Position numbers and translations under genes: made by a program | Assembly: GCA_964487115.1 (NCBI GenBank) | Contig: CAZAPD010000109.1 | Location: 1-23,509 of the forward strand | Direction of reading: 5' to 3' | Origin: an uncultured Thermococci archaeon | GTDB lineage: Archaea > Methanobacteriota_B > Thermococci > Thermococcales > Thermococcaceae | Length of the DNA: 23,509 bases | Part shown: positions 1 to 9,082 of the stretch, piece by piece | How the letters are laid out: each line of letters begins with the position of its first letter | Numbering within the stretch: the stretch's first letter is position 1 | Notes under the pieces: model-generated | What the model was told of the DNA's origin: nothing | The model's input: the letters and a program-made list of their open reading frames with translations, nothing else | Databases searched by the model: none

Positions 1-1
1 A

Positions 2-352
2 AAGGTCAGGGCATTCCTCATTGAGGTGGATAAGAACATAGAAAGCCAAAAAGCTACTCCCACCATTAAAACGGTTTCCATGACGACTAACGGGGTATAC
101 ACTGCCACCAGTAGTTGCACACATGAATGTACCTCAGATAGTGATTGTGGGTTGTTTTCGAGTTGTAGCGAGTATTGCTGTAAGATGAATTGGTGGTGTG
201 TAGCTGGATGTTGTATATAGTGTTTGAGAGCATGTATAACAGGACCTCTCCAGTGCATCTTATGTGCCGCTGTTGAATGTCCTGTATGTGTGGAGGGATT
301 CCATTGCTGTGCCGAGAAAGGTACAACCTGCATTGGTTCGACACCTCCTTGA
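2..352 (+). pseudogene. 3' part of a Cys-rich protein (start upstream of window) interrupted by an in-frame TAG at 218-220; nonsense-inactivated gene, sequencing error or readthrough
   Basis: The frame is open from nt 2 (KVRAFLIEVDKNIES...SSCTHECTSDSDCGLFSSCSEYCCKMNWWCVAGCCI). After TAG the same frame reads CLRACITGPLQCILCAAVECPVCVEGFHCCAEKGTTCIGSTPP to TGA at 350-352, just before the RBS of the next gene. Confidence 0.7.
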
Positions 353-370
353 GGTGAAGGAGGTGCTAAT

Positions 371-742
371 ATGAAAAAAATCGAGTTACGTCATGGATTT
401 GTACTTTTGTTTTTCCTGATTTTTTCTCTGGTATTATGGAACAGTTCTTCATCTCCTACAAGTTGGATGACCAGTGAATTGGTATTGGCCCTCATGATAG
501 CATCGATGTGGTTTCTCACCAAGGATAAACATTCAGAAATTCTACGAATTTCAGTCACACTCCTTATAACACTTGCTGGCTTTGCTCTAATTGCAATTCT
601 TCAGCAGTGGGATTTAACAGAAGCGTTCAGACCCCTCTTTGGCGGTTTAATACTTTATCTTATACTGGAGATTCTAGTGACGTTACTCCATAAACTTCCG
701 GCCAATAGGAAGGTATCTGAGTTTTCTTTTTTATTTGAATGA
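371..742 (+). CDS. Small integral membrane protein (~4 hydrophobic segments), function unknown
   Basis: 123-aa ORF with a strong RBS (GGAGGTG at 359-365) and about four hydrophobic stretches; followed by a T-rich tract. Confidence 0.8.
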   Translation: MKKIELRHGFVLLFFLIFSLVLWNSSSSPTSWMTSELVLALMIASMWFLTKDKHSEILRISVTLLITLAGFALIAILQQWDLTEAFRPLFGGLILYLILEILVTLLHKLPANRKVSEFSFLFE

Positions 743-836
743 AGCTTACCTTTTTATTTCCCGATATTGAAGAGAAGCTTTTCTGACTAAACTTTTTATA
801 CTGTCCAGTTTTTTCAACTGTTATCAGGTGATCTTA

Positions 837-1175
837 ATGAAAGCCGAAATCAAAACTCTCATAGACCGGGGTACTTATAGAAAGCTCCCGCTCTTTGAAG
901 GAGAACTACCTGAGAATAGCTACGTCCAGATAGTTGAGATTAAACCGAGACAGAAGGTTAGAAAGCATTATCATCTGGAGCAGTATGAGATTTTCTGTAT
1001 CATGAGCGGAGAAGCCAAACTTGGAATAGGAGAGGAAGAATACAAAGCAACAGCTGGGGATATCTTCCTCGTTAAACCAAAAACAGTTCACTGGATTATT
1101 AATGAGAAAGACGAACCTTTCAAACTGTTCGTTGTTAAACTGAACTATCATGGAGATGATTCAGTATGGCTGTAA
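837..1175 (+). CDS. Cupin domain protein
   Basis: Cupin motifs HYHxxxxE...GEA and [15 protein letters not shown] at 837 is preferred because the RBS AGGTGAT lies at 826-832. Confidence 0.85.
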   Translation: MKAEIKTLIDRGTYRKLPLFEGELPENSYVQIVEIKPRQKVRKHYHLEQYEIFCIMSGEAKLGIGEEEYKATAGDIFLVKPKTVHWIINEKDEPFKLFVVKLNYHGDDSVWL

Positions 1176-1864
1176 AAAAAGAGAGAACTATCGGGATACT
1201 GGGCGGTATGGGACCTTTGGCAACTGTGGAGCTTTTCAGAAGGATAGTCGAAAAAACACCAGCAGAGAAAGATCAGGAGCATCCGAGGATAATCATCTAC
1301 AATGATCCAAAAATCCCAGATAGAACAGCTTTCATCCTAGGAAAAGGTGAGGATCCAAGGCCCGAGCTTATAGATGCCGCTAAAAAACTTGAGAGCTGGG
1401 GGGCTGACTTTATTATAATGCCCTGCAATACAGCTCACTTTTTTGCCGAGACTATCCAGCAGGAGATAAGAATCCCGCTTATCAACATGGTTGAAGAAAC
1501 AGCAAAAAAGATTGAAAAAATGGGCCTGAAGAAGGTTGGCCTTTTGGCAACTGATGGAACGATAAAAGGTCTTGTCTACCACCGAGCTCTCCTCAGCAGG
1601 GAGATAGGCATAGCAACCCCAAACAAACAGAATCAGGAGAAAGTCATGAAAGGTATATACGATGGTATCAAGGCAGGAAACCTCGAACTTGGCAGGAGAC
1701 TTATCTTGGACGTTGCAAAAAAGCTGGAGAAACGTTCTGAGGGGGTAATAGCAGGTTGCACCGAGGTGAGCGTGGCGCTGAGGCAGGAAGACCTGAACGT
1801 TCCGCTAATAGACCCTATGGACGTTATAGCGGAGAGAGCAGTAAAGCTGGCTCTGGGATTATAG
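1166..1864 (+). CDS. Aspartate/glutamate racemase family protein (probable aspartate racemase)
   Basis: [13 protein letters not shown]-terminus, IPDRTA, and both catalytic Cys motifs (PCNTAH, AGCTE). Confidence 0.9.
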   Translation: MAVKKERTIGILGGMGPLATVELFRRIVEKTPAEKDQEHPRIIIYNDPKIPDRTAFILGKGEDPRPELIDAAKKLESWGADFIIMPCNTAHFFAETIQQEIRIPLINMVEETAKKIEKMGLKKVGLLATDGTIKGLVYHRALLSREIGIATPNKQNQEKVMKGIYDGIKAGNLELGRRLILDVAKKLEKRSEGVIAGCTEVSVALRQEDLNVPLIDPMDVIAERAVKLALGL

Positions 1865-2827
1865 CCATCTCTTTCTCCTGAAGTAGTAGAGCATTCCGAG
1901 AGCTATCAGGAGCATTCCTGTGAGAGATGCAAAGTAGCCGTAACGCCATCCTAACTCGGGCATATAGCGGAAGTTCATTCCATATATTCCGGTTATGAAT
2001 GTTAGAGGTATGAAAATCGTTGAAACCACTGTCAGGATTCTAATTATCTCGTTGGTCTTCATGGATATCGTTGAATAATACATCTCAATCAGACCGTTTG
2101 CCATCTCCCGGTGGCTTTCAATGACCTCTAAAACTTCCATTATGTGTTCGTGGAGCTCATTCAAATATTCCCTGGTCTCTTTCTCAAAGAATCTTTCACC
2201 ATCAATCTCCAGCTTCCTAAATGCCTCTAAGAGGGGGAATATGGTGCGTCTCATGAAGAGTATCTCCCTTCTGATTCTGTGAATCCTGCGCAGAGTTTCC
2301 TCATCGTTTCCCTTCAGAATTATGCTTTCAAGCTCTTCCATTTTGGAGCTTATTTTTTCAAGCATTGGAATGTAGTTTTCAATAATCGCATCGAGAAGGG
2401 CAAATACAAGGTAATCCGGCCCTTTCTCCCTGAACATCCCCTCACCCTTCCTTATGCTCTCCCTTACTGGGTTAAAAACGTCTCCTGCTCTCTCCTGCAG
2501 TGTTATTACAAAATTGTTCTTGAAAAGTATGGCAGTACGTTCCCTCTTGAGCCCGCCCGAGAGTTCGTAAATTTGATACAGAAGCAGGAAGAGACAATCC
2601 TCGAATACCAAGGCTCTCACTCTACCCTTTGATCTTCTCATGGCTTTAAAAACAGCATCGGGAAATTCAAAGACATCCCTAAGCTCATCGAGATGATCGA
2701 ACCCATCAATGTTCACCCATACAACATTGTGATCCCTGAACTCCAGAGCATCCTTCAGGCTCTCAATTTTCTGACCTGTGAATCTATCTTTCGAGTATGC
2801 AAATACCGTTATCCTTTTCTCGCTCAC
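1859..2827 (-). CDS. corA: Magnesium/cobalt transporter CorA
   Basis: C-terminal [13 protein letters not shown]...MPEL signature with two TM helices; GTG start overlaps the stop of the upstream gene. Confidence 0.95.
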   Translation of the reverse strand: MSEKRITVFAYSKDRFTGQKIESLKDALEFRDHNVVWVNIDGFDHLDELRDVFEFPDAVFKAMRRSKGRVRALVFEDCLFLLLYQIYELSGGLKRERTAILFKNNFVITLQERAGDVFNPVRESIRKGEGMFREKGPDYLVFALLDAIIENYIPMLEKISSKMEELESIILKGNDEETLRRIHRIRREILFMRRTIFPLLEAFRKLEIDGERFFEKETREYLNELHEHIMEVLEVIESHREMANGLIEMYYSTISMKTNEIIRILTVVSTIFIPLTFITGIYGMNFRYMPELGWRYGYFASLTGMLLIALGMLYYFRRKRWL

Positions 2828-3645
2828 ATGATCACCATCCCTGCGTGGAGCTTGTGAAACCTGTTTCCGTATGCCTCAAGAAAAGCGGCCTCAGCTTTCA
2901 ATCCTGTGCAGTGCCCGGTATAAACCTCCTCCACGCCAAGCTGCCTGAAAGCCTCAACCGTCATTCTTATACGATCCTCATTCGCCTCAATCAGGTGGAA
3001 ACCACCTATAACTGCTCTGACCTTTTTCTCTCCTGTGAGCCTCATGGAATGCTCCACTATACTGATGATGCCGGCATGAGAGCAGCCACTTACAACCACA
3101 AGACCCTTAGGCGTTTTAATTGCAATGCTCATATCATCTCTGAGTTCATCCCTCACGAGCCTGCCCTTACTGAGGGTATAAACTTCAAGATTTGTCCTCT
3201 CAAAGTCTTCTTTCTCTCTAATTTCTCCCGTGGAGTACAGGCCTTCAATTATCTGAAAGGGTTCCTCACTCAGAAAGAGCTCTCCGTATTTCTCCACTTC
3301 CTCCCTTGTAAAGGGAAGTCCAACATGTCTGAGATGGGGCTTCGTTATAAAGTGCTTTCTGAATATTGTCGGGTGTGCTATCACCGGAATCCGCTTCCCA
3401 GTTTCCTTAAGGATTTCTACTAAACCCCCGGTATGATCATAGTGGCAGTGGGAGAGAAAGATATAGTCAACATCTCTGGGATCCAGACCAAGAAGTTTCA
3501 TGTTGTAAAGTATCGGAGCAGCATTCTGGCCAGCATCAAAGAGCAATTTCTTCCCTTTGTATTCGATCAAAAAGCTTATCCCATGCTGTGCCAAGAAGGG
3601 ACTCTCATAACCAGCATAATCCTCGGCAAGGGTATAGATTTTCAT
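2824..3645 (-). CDS. Metallo-beta-lactamase-fold hydrolase
   Basis: HGISFLI...LLFDAG, SHCHYDHTGG, GCSHAG, IGGFHL and GHCTG motifs. Confidence 0.9.
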   Translation of the reverse strand: MKIYTLAEDYAGYESPFLAQHGISFLIEYKGKKLLFDAGQNAAPILYNMKLLGLDPRDVDYIFLSHCHYDHTGGLVEILKETGKRIPVIAHPTIFRKHFITKPHLRHVGLPFTREEVEKYGELFLSEEPFQIIEGLYSTGEIREKEDFERTNLEVYTLSKGRLVRDELRDDMSIAIKTPKGLVVVSGCSHAGIISIVEHSMRLTGEKKVRAVIGGFHLIEANEDRIRMTVEAFRQLGVEEVYTGHCTGLKAEAAFLEAYGNRFHKLHAGMVIM

Positions 3646-3773
3646 GGTATCACCTTTAAATCTTAATGGTGGTGGAGGAATTATAGTTTTCGCCCTGATA
3701 ATATCTTTTTAAACCATTGTTAATCTACCCCTAACCTTTAAAGCTTCCCAGCATAATGTCCACAGGTGATAAC

Positions 3774-4967
3774 ATGGAAATAGGTGTGGTAGGAAAGCCA
3801 AATGTTGGAAAATCCACCTTCTTCTCAGCAGCAACTCTTGTGGATGTGCAAATTGCCAATTATCCCTTCACAACAATAGACGCCAATGTCGGTGTTAGCC
3901 ACGCAATAGCGGAGCATCCATGTAAAGAGCTTAAATGTAAGCCAAACCCTCAAAATTATGAATTCAAAGATGGTCTTGCCCTGATACCGATAAAAATGAT
4001 AGATGTTGCAGGACTGGTTCCGGGAGCACATGAAGGAAGGGGCTTGGGCAATAAATTTCTTGATGATTTAAGAATGGCTTCCGCATTAATCCATGTTGTT
4101 GATGCCACAGGGAAGACTGATGCCGAAGGCAATCCAGTTGAACATCACGACCCCGTTGAAGATATTGAATTTCTTGAGAAGGAAATAGACTTCTGGATAT
4201 ATGGTATTCTAAAGAAGAACTGGGATAAATTCTCAAAAAGGGTGAAGCTCCAGCATCTCAAGCTTGCACAAGCAATAGCAGACCAGCTAACCGGAATAGG
4301 AGTGACAGAGCAGGACACTTTCGAGGCGATACACAAGCTCGGTCTCGACAATGACCCAACAAAATGGAGCGATGATGACCTCTTCGCATTCGTAAGGGAG
4401 CTCAGGAAGCTCAACAAGCCCATAATCATAGCCGCCAACAAGGCAGATGCCGCCGCCGACGCCCAGATAAAACGCCTTATAAGGAAGGGAAAGAGCAGAG
4501 GATACATAGTTGTACCAACATCTGCAGTAGCCGAGCTTACGCTGCGAAAAGCCTCAAAGGCAGGTTTTATAGATTACATTCCGGGAAGTTCGAACTTCAA
4601 AATCCTCAAGAAGATGAATCCAAAGCAGGAGAAAGCACTTCAGTTGATAAAGGAGAAGGTTCTGGATAGATTTGGTTCAACTGGCGTGCAGGAGGTCATC
4701 AACAGGGCGACATTCGAGCTGCTCAACCTCGTGCCAGTTTATCCAGTCGAGGATGAACACAAGCTCACAGATCAGTTTGGTAATGTCCTCCCCCATGTTT
4801 TCCTCATGAAGAAGGGCTCAACACCCCGAGATTTAGCCTTCAAAGTTCATACCGATCTTGGGAGAACATTCCTGTATGCTGTCAATGCAAAAACTCACAG
4901 AAGGGTTGGGGAAGATTATGAGCTTCAGTTCAATGACATAATCAAAATAGTGGCCACCGCGCGCTGA
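3774..4967 (+). CDS. ychF: Obg-superfamily translation-associated GTPase (archaeal YchF/Ygr210-like) with C-terminal TGS domain
   Basis: G1 [10 protein letters not shown]2 YPFTT, G3 DVAG, G4 NKAD and TGS-like end (AFKVHTDL...DIIKI). RBS AGGTGAT precedes ATG 3774. Confidence 0.9.
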   Translation: MEIGVVGKPNVGKSTFFSAATLVDVQIANYPFTTIDANVGVSHAIAEHPCKELKCKPNPQNYEFKDGLALIPIKMIDVAGLVPGAHEGRGLGNKFLDDLRMASALIHVVDATGKTDAEGNPVEHHDPVEDIEFLEKEIDFWIYGILKKNWDKFSKRVKLQHLKLAQAIADQLTGIGVTEQDTFEAIHKLGLDNDPTKWSDDDLFAFVRELRKLNKPIIIAANKADAAADAQIKRLIRKGKSRGYIVVPTSAVAELTLRKASKAGFIDYIPGSSNFKILKKMNPKQEKALQLIKEKVLDRFGSTGVQEVINRATFELLNLVPVYPVEDEHKLTDQFGNVLPHVFLMKKGSTPRDLAFKVHTDLGRTFLYAVNAKTHRRVGEDYELQFNDIIKIVATAR

Positions 4968-4974
4968 GTTACCT

Positions 4975-5484
4975 CTAAGCTATCTTCTCCCTTTCCCTAA
5001 TTAGTTCCTGATAGAGCCTTGGCTCCACATCTTCCTCGCTTAATCCGAGCATTCCTGCGATTTCCCATATTTTATTTTTAGCATCCTCTGGATTGTCGCT
5101 GATAACTTCAATATCTAAGAAATCTCCAAGTCCTTCAACATGATTGAGTTCAAAAGTAGCATCACCAAGTTTATACACATAACGATGCTTCTTTACCCAA
5201 ACATCCTCCTTAAAGCCGAGTCTCTTAAGTATCTCTCTTGTTTTTTCAAAATCTCCAACCTTAACCTCTATCTCATCGAATTCTTCATTTCTTCTGTCCT
5301 TTATGAGCTTATATCCCAGAATATTTTCATTACGATTAACTATCCTCCGGATTCTCAACAACTTGGGAAGAGGAACGGAAAAATATAAATCCTCCTGAAT
5401 CTCCTCATGTTTAAACTGAGCTATTTTTTCTATCTTGGGCTTAATATCCTTTATATTTACTTTAAATTTGATCTCTACTTCCAT
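4975..5484 (-). CDS. cyaB: CYTH / class IV adenylate cyclase-like triphosphate tunnel metalloenzyme
   Basis: N-terminal ExExK (MEVEIKF), QEDLYF, LRIR, KxR and VEGLGDFLDIE motifs. Confidence 0.88.
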   Translation of the reverse strand: MEVEIKFKVNIKDIKPKIEKIAQFKHEEIQEDLYFSVPLPKLLRIRRIVNRNENILGYKLIKDRRNEEFDEIEVKVGDFEKTREILKRLGFKEDVWVKKHRYVYKLGDATFELNHVEGLGDFLDIEVISDNPEDAKNKIWEIAGMLGLSEEDVEPRLYQELIREREKIA

Positions 5485-5495
5485 TCCAATGCCCC

Positions 5496-5978
5496 TTACA
5501 CCCCTGCTAAGAATCCTATTAAATCAGTTCCTTTTTTGAACTCCCTAACAGGGAGTATAACTACTTCCTTTAGAGTAGGTAATGCATTTATATTCTCCTC
5601 AATGAATTGGCTTAGTTTTTCTTCGCTTTCCTCTCCAACAAGAACGAGAATTGTATCATCTCCACTCTTTGAAACCATTAGAACATTTGGAAGCATTGCA
5701 AGGGTTCTTGTTATATATTCAAGATATCTCTCAAGAAAATCTTCTATGACAGGAGTTTTGACCCTGACAATAACAAAGGCTACTTTTTTTGGCTGGAGAT
5801 CTTTCCCAACGACTATTGTATATCTACCAATGACACCTCGCTCTTGGAGTTTTTTTATCCTGAAATGAATGGTAGATTCAGGTTTGTTAAGTTTTTCTCC
5901 AATTTCTGAAATGGTAAGTCTTGCATCTTCCTTAAGCAATCTTAAAATCGCTCTATCTAGGTCATCCAGCTGCACCAT
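5496..5978 (-). CDS. Lrp/AsnC family transcriptional regulator
   Basis: LDDLDRAILRLLKEDAR...STIHFRIKKLQERGVI HTH; the likely start is ATG 5978, right after the ubiX stop. Confidence 0.92.
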   Translation of the reverse strand: MVQLDDLDRAILRLLKEDARLTISEIGEKLNKPESTIHFRIKKLQERGVIGRYTIVVGKDLQPKKVAFVIVRVKTPVIEDFLERYLEYITRTLAMLPNVLMVSKSGDDTILVLVGEESEEKLSQFIEENINALPTLKEVVILPVREFKKGTDLIGFLAGV

Positions 5979-5979
5979 T

Positions 5980-6513
5980 TCAGCTCCCCCATTTTTTGTA
6001 TAAATTATGCTCAATCCCAAGATTATCTAAAATTTTTCCAATTATAAACTTTACGATATCTTCCAAATTCTTGGGATTATAATAAAATCCTGGAGATGCT
6101 GGCATAATTATAGCACCTGCCTGAGCTGCCAAAACCATGTTTTTGAGATGAACAAGGTTAAGTGGAGTTTCCCTAATCACCAGTATGAGCTTTCTTCTCT
6201 CCTTTAACGCCACATCAGCAGCTCTGGTTATTAGATTATCCGCATAACCATTTGCAATCGCCGAAAGGGTCTTCATAGAGCACGGAACCACAATCATGGC
6301 ATCAAATGGATATGAGCCTGAAGCAACAGGTGCGAAAATATCTTCCTCGTGATAATCTGGTTCAAAATCAAATCCGAGTTCATGTCTAATCACTGCAAGT
6401 CCAGTACTGGAAGCGATGCTTATAACTTCATGTCCAAGCTCTTTTAATATCTCCACCAACTTGACCCCATAAATTACTCCACTTGCACCAGTTATTGCCA
6501 CAACAATCCTCAT
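5980..6513 (-). CDS. ubiX: Flavin prenyltransferase UbiX
   Basis: [33 protein letters not shown] and PASPGFY motifs. Confidence 0.95.
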   Translation of the reverse strand: MRIVVAITGASGVIYGVKLVEILKELGHEVISIASSTGLAVIRHELGFDFEPDYHEEDIFAPVASGSYPFDAMIVVPCSMKTLSAIANGYADNLITRAADVALKERRKLILVIRETPLNLVHLKNMVLAAQAGAIIMPASPGFYYNPKNLEDIVKFIIGKILDNLGIEHNLYKKWGS

Positions 6514-6603
6514 GCATGTTCCTCCTTGAATAGGTCTTATAAAACTCGCAATGTAAATATTTAATTTTTACGTTCTTGCAATTAATACGATTCACCAACA
6601 TTT

Positions 6604-6624
6604 TTATAACTCTTTTAGTTATAA
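6604..6624. promoter_or_regulatory. Perfect 8-bp inverted repeat TTATAACT-N5-AGTTATAA overlapping TATA-like boxes between divergent ubiX and dacZ
   Basis: Read directly from the sequence; includes TTTATAA about 25 nt upstream of ATG 6630. Confidence 0.45.
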
Positions 6625-6629
6625 TCAAT

Positions 6630-7439
6630 ATGGGGAAACTAATGGATGGAATAATAAAGGTTCTAATCAAAACTGCAGAAAAAATAGCATCTGAAATAGA
6701 TTCAAAGGCCATTGTTATCCTACAAGATATTCCCGAGGAATATGTGAGTGGTATAGACTTGCCGGTGATTATTGTTGGCAACAACTTTGATATCTCAGGA
6801 AAGATCAAAAAAATCCCAATTCCTCAAAATTTAGACATAGAAAATACCTTAAATCTTATATCTGCTTTCCTCTTTGAGCATGAAATTCTTCAGGAAGGGG
6901 ACTCTTTCATCTATGTCAGTCAAAGCTCTCTTGGAGTTAAAGTTATCAAAAAAGGCTTAACAACGGTTAAAGGATTCTTTTCCTCTGCTCAGACTGTTCT
7001 CCAGAGAATCTTAGAAATCGCAATAGAATTAAGCATAGAAGGCAGGGAGGGAGTAAAAATTGGAACCCTGTTTGTCATTGGAGATGTAAAAAAAGTCTTA
7101 AAGCACTCTCACCAGATGATACCCAACCCGTTCAAAGGTCATAAAATCAACGTGCTGGATAAGAGGAGCAAGGAGATAATAAAAGAATTTGCACTTCTCG
7201 ATGGGGCATTCATAGTAAGCAATACAGGAAGAATATTCTCGGCAGGGAGGTATCTTGATATAGATTCAAAAAAACTGGACATAATGTTGCCCCCCGGGCT
7301 GGGTAGCAGGCACATTGCTGCAGCTGGAATAACAAAACTAACAAAGGCGATCTCCGTCAGTCTGTCTGAAAGTGGAACCATAAGAGTTTTCAAAAATGGG
7401 ATAATGATACTGGAGTACAATCCAAGGATAAGATATTAA
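6630..7439 (+). CDS. dacZ: Diadenylate cyclase (c-di-AMP synthase, DAC/DisA_N domain, archaeal DacZ type)
   Basis: EGREG..IGTLFVIGD, catalytic DGA (LDGAF), GLGSRHIAA and SESG motifs. Start is ATG 6630 or 6642, not the TTG at 6576. Confidence 0.9.
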   Translation: MGKLMDGIIKVLIKTAEKIASEIDSKAIVILQDIPEEYVSGIDLPVIIVGNNFDISGKIKKIPIPQNLDIENTLNLISAFLFEHEILQEGDSFIYVSQSSLGVKVIKKGLTTVKGFFSSAQTVLQRILEIAIELSIEGREGVKIGTLFVIGDVKKVLKHSHQMIPNPFKGHKINVLDKRSKEIIKEFALLDGAFIVSNTGRIFSAGRYLDIDSKKLDIMLPPGLGSRHIAAAGITKLTKAISVSLSESGTIRVFKNGIMILEYNPRIRY

Positions 7440-7471
7440 AAGTTCCTGGAAAAATAAAATTAAAAATGCAA

Positions 7472-8719
7472 TCAGAAGAGCCACTGGTTTTCTATACATT
7501 CATCACAGGGCGGTTTTTCTCCTGCTATTGCCTTAAACTTCTTATATATGCACTCGGGAAGACCCAGAGGACACCTATCCGGGGTTAGTTCAGGTCTCAC
7601 CTTTGTTGGATCCAGCTTTATCTTTATGTAGGCTTCATACTCCTCGACTTTCTTCCATGGCAGGACCTTTGCACCATAGATGACAAGGTTGTCATAAATC
7701 CTGGCATAGTCCCCAACAACTGCCCCTTCCTTGAGTATAACATTCTTTCCAACAACAACACCCTCTCCGAGGATTGAGTCTTTAATTTCCGCTCTCTCCT
7801 TTATGATATCATGTCCTATTAAAATTGCCCTTTTGAGGTATCCCCTGTCTTCCACAATTGTTTTTGGTCCTATGTACGTGTATGCCTTTATTTTAACACC
7901 ATGTCCAATTTTGGCCTCACTGTCTATATACACGGGCCCCTGAATCTCTACATCCTCAGGAACTTCTGCCCCCTCCTTGACTGTAAAATAGCCATTTTCT
8001 TTGGCTATCTCATCCAAAGCAAGCTGGTGAGCATAGAAAAGATCCTCCGGAGTCCCAAGGTCAACCCAATATTTGTCCTTTGGCATCATATAACCATATA
8101 CCTGCCCTTCGTTCACAAATTTGGGCAGAATTTCCCTTTCAAAATAAACCTCTTTTCCACTGGGAATGGCCTCCAGAACTTTTCTGTTGACCATGTATAT
8201 ACCAGCATCGACGAGGTTTGTCTTAGGTCTCCTTGGCTTTTCTTCGAAGTCCACAATTTTCCCTTCTTCATTCAAGACTGCAACACCGTACTTTTCTGGA
8301 TCATAGACTTTTGTCAGTGCAACTGTTATAAGGCCATCATTCTCATTGTGGGCTTTCATTAGCTCTTGGAAGTCAAAGTTAGTGAAAACATCACCATATA
8401 TCACAAGAAAATCTTCCTCCCCTAACAATAATGATTCAGCGTTTTTGATAGCCCCTCCTGTCTCAAGAGGCATTGGCTGCACCGAATATTTTATATCCTT
8501 TGAGTACTCAGACATCTTCTCATCTATAAACTCTCTGACCTCTGCTTTCATATAATGGACTGAAATCACTATCTCATCAATTTCCTTTATTCTTTCCAGG
8601 TTCTCAAGAATATACTGCAGATTAGGCTTTCCGAGAACTGGAACCATTGGTTTGGGTTTAGTGGAGGATATTGGCCTCAATCTCGTTCCAAATCCACCTG
8701 CAAGGATAAGAGCTTTCAT
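7472..8719 (-). CDS. Sugar-phosphate nucleotidyltransferase (NDP-sugar synthase, mannose-1-P guanylyltransferase-like) with left-handed beta-helix and Cys-containing tail
   Basis: LAGGFGTRLRP...KPKP, PLETGG, FEEKP, YWVDLG and hexapeptide repeats; start ATG 8719 (MKALILAGG). Confidence 0.92.
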   Translation of the reverse strand: MKALILAGGFGTRLRPISSTKPKPMVPVLGKPNLQYILENLERIKEIDEIVISVHYMKAEVREFIDEKMSEYSKDIKYSVQPMPLETGGAIKNAESLLLGEEDFLVIYGDVFTNFDFQELMKAHNENDGLITVALTKVYDPEKYGVAVLNEEGKIVDFEEKPRRPKTNLVDAGIYMVNRKVLEAIPSGKEVYFEREILPKFVNEGQVYGYMMPKDKYWVDLGTPEDLFYAHQLALDEIAKENGYFTVKEGAEVPEDVEIQGPVYIDSEAKIGHGVKIKAYTYIGPKTIVEDRGYLKRAILIGHDIIKERAEIKDSILGEGVVVGKNVILKEGAVVGDYARIYDNLVIYGAKVLPWKKVEEYEAYIKIKLDPTKVRPELTPDRCPLGLPECIYKKFKAIAGEKPPCDECIENQWLF

Positions 8720-8808
8720 TAATACCACCAATAATAACCAACACAACACAACTTATATATTTAACGGCTATTAAATATGATTAAAAGTGCAGCACCTTAA
8801 GCCTCTGC

Positions 8809-9069
8809 TCACTTATGTGCATTATTCAGCTTTAACCTTAATTGATATACCTTACCCTTAAATCTAATGCATCTTCCAGGGCATACGCTACTCAGGGGAC
8901 AAGTCTCACAGGCAGAAACTCCCATCTCGATGATTTGAAGGTAACCCATACTTTCAAGTATTTTTATCATACCCTCAACTTCCGGGAGAGGGACCTTCAA
9001 TTCTCTGGATATCTCCTCAATATTTTTCCCTTTCTCAACCAGTTCTAATACCCTTTCAAGTTTTCCCAT
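8809..9069 (-). CDS. FeoC-like winged-helix protein with Cys cluster
   Basis: 86 aa directly downstream of feoB; HTH-like N-terminus and CETCPLSSVCPGRC motif. Confidence 0.75.
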   Translation of the reverse strand: MGKLERVLELVEKGKNIEEISRELKVPLPEVEGMIKILESMGYLQIIEMGVSACETCPLSSVCPGRCIRFKGKVYQLRLKLNNAHK

Positions 9070-9082
9070 GCAACAAACCCCT

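Noticed and set aside
26..220. Stand-alone 64-aa ORF starting at GTG 26
   Set aside because: The frame is open upstream to the window edge, there is no properly spaced RBS, and the Cys pattern continues past the TAG.
2797..3423. Long antisense ORFs (208 aa here; also 10371-11075, 5407-5868, 7901-8362, 11615-12115 and others)
   Set aside because: They lie opposite or within well-supported genes and have no recognisable motifs; they are shadow ORFs.
7472..7506. Minus-strand GTGATGA...CTGA resembling a C/D box sRNA (similar pairs near 12993 and 17534 on the plus strand)
   Set aside because: Spacing is too short for a two-guide archaeal C/D RNA, there are no internal D'/C' boxes, and all lie inside coding sequence.
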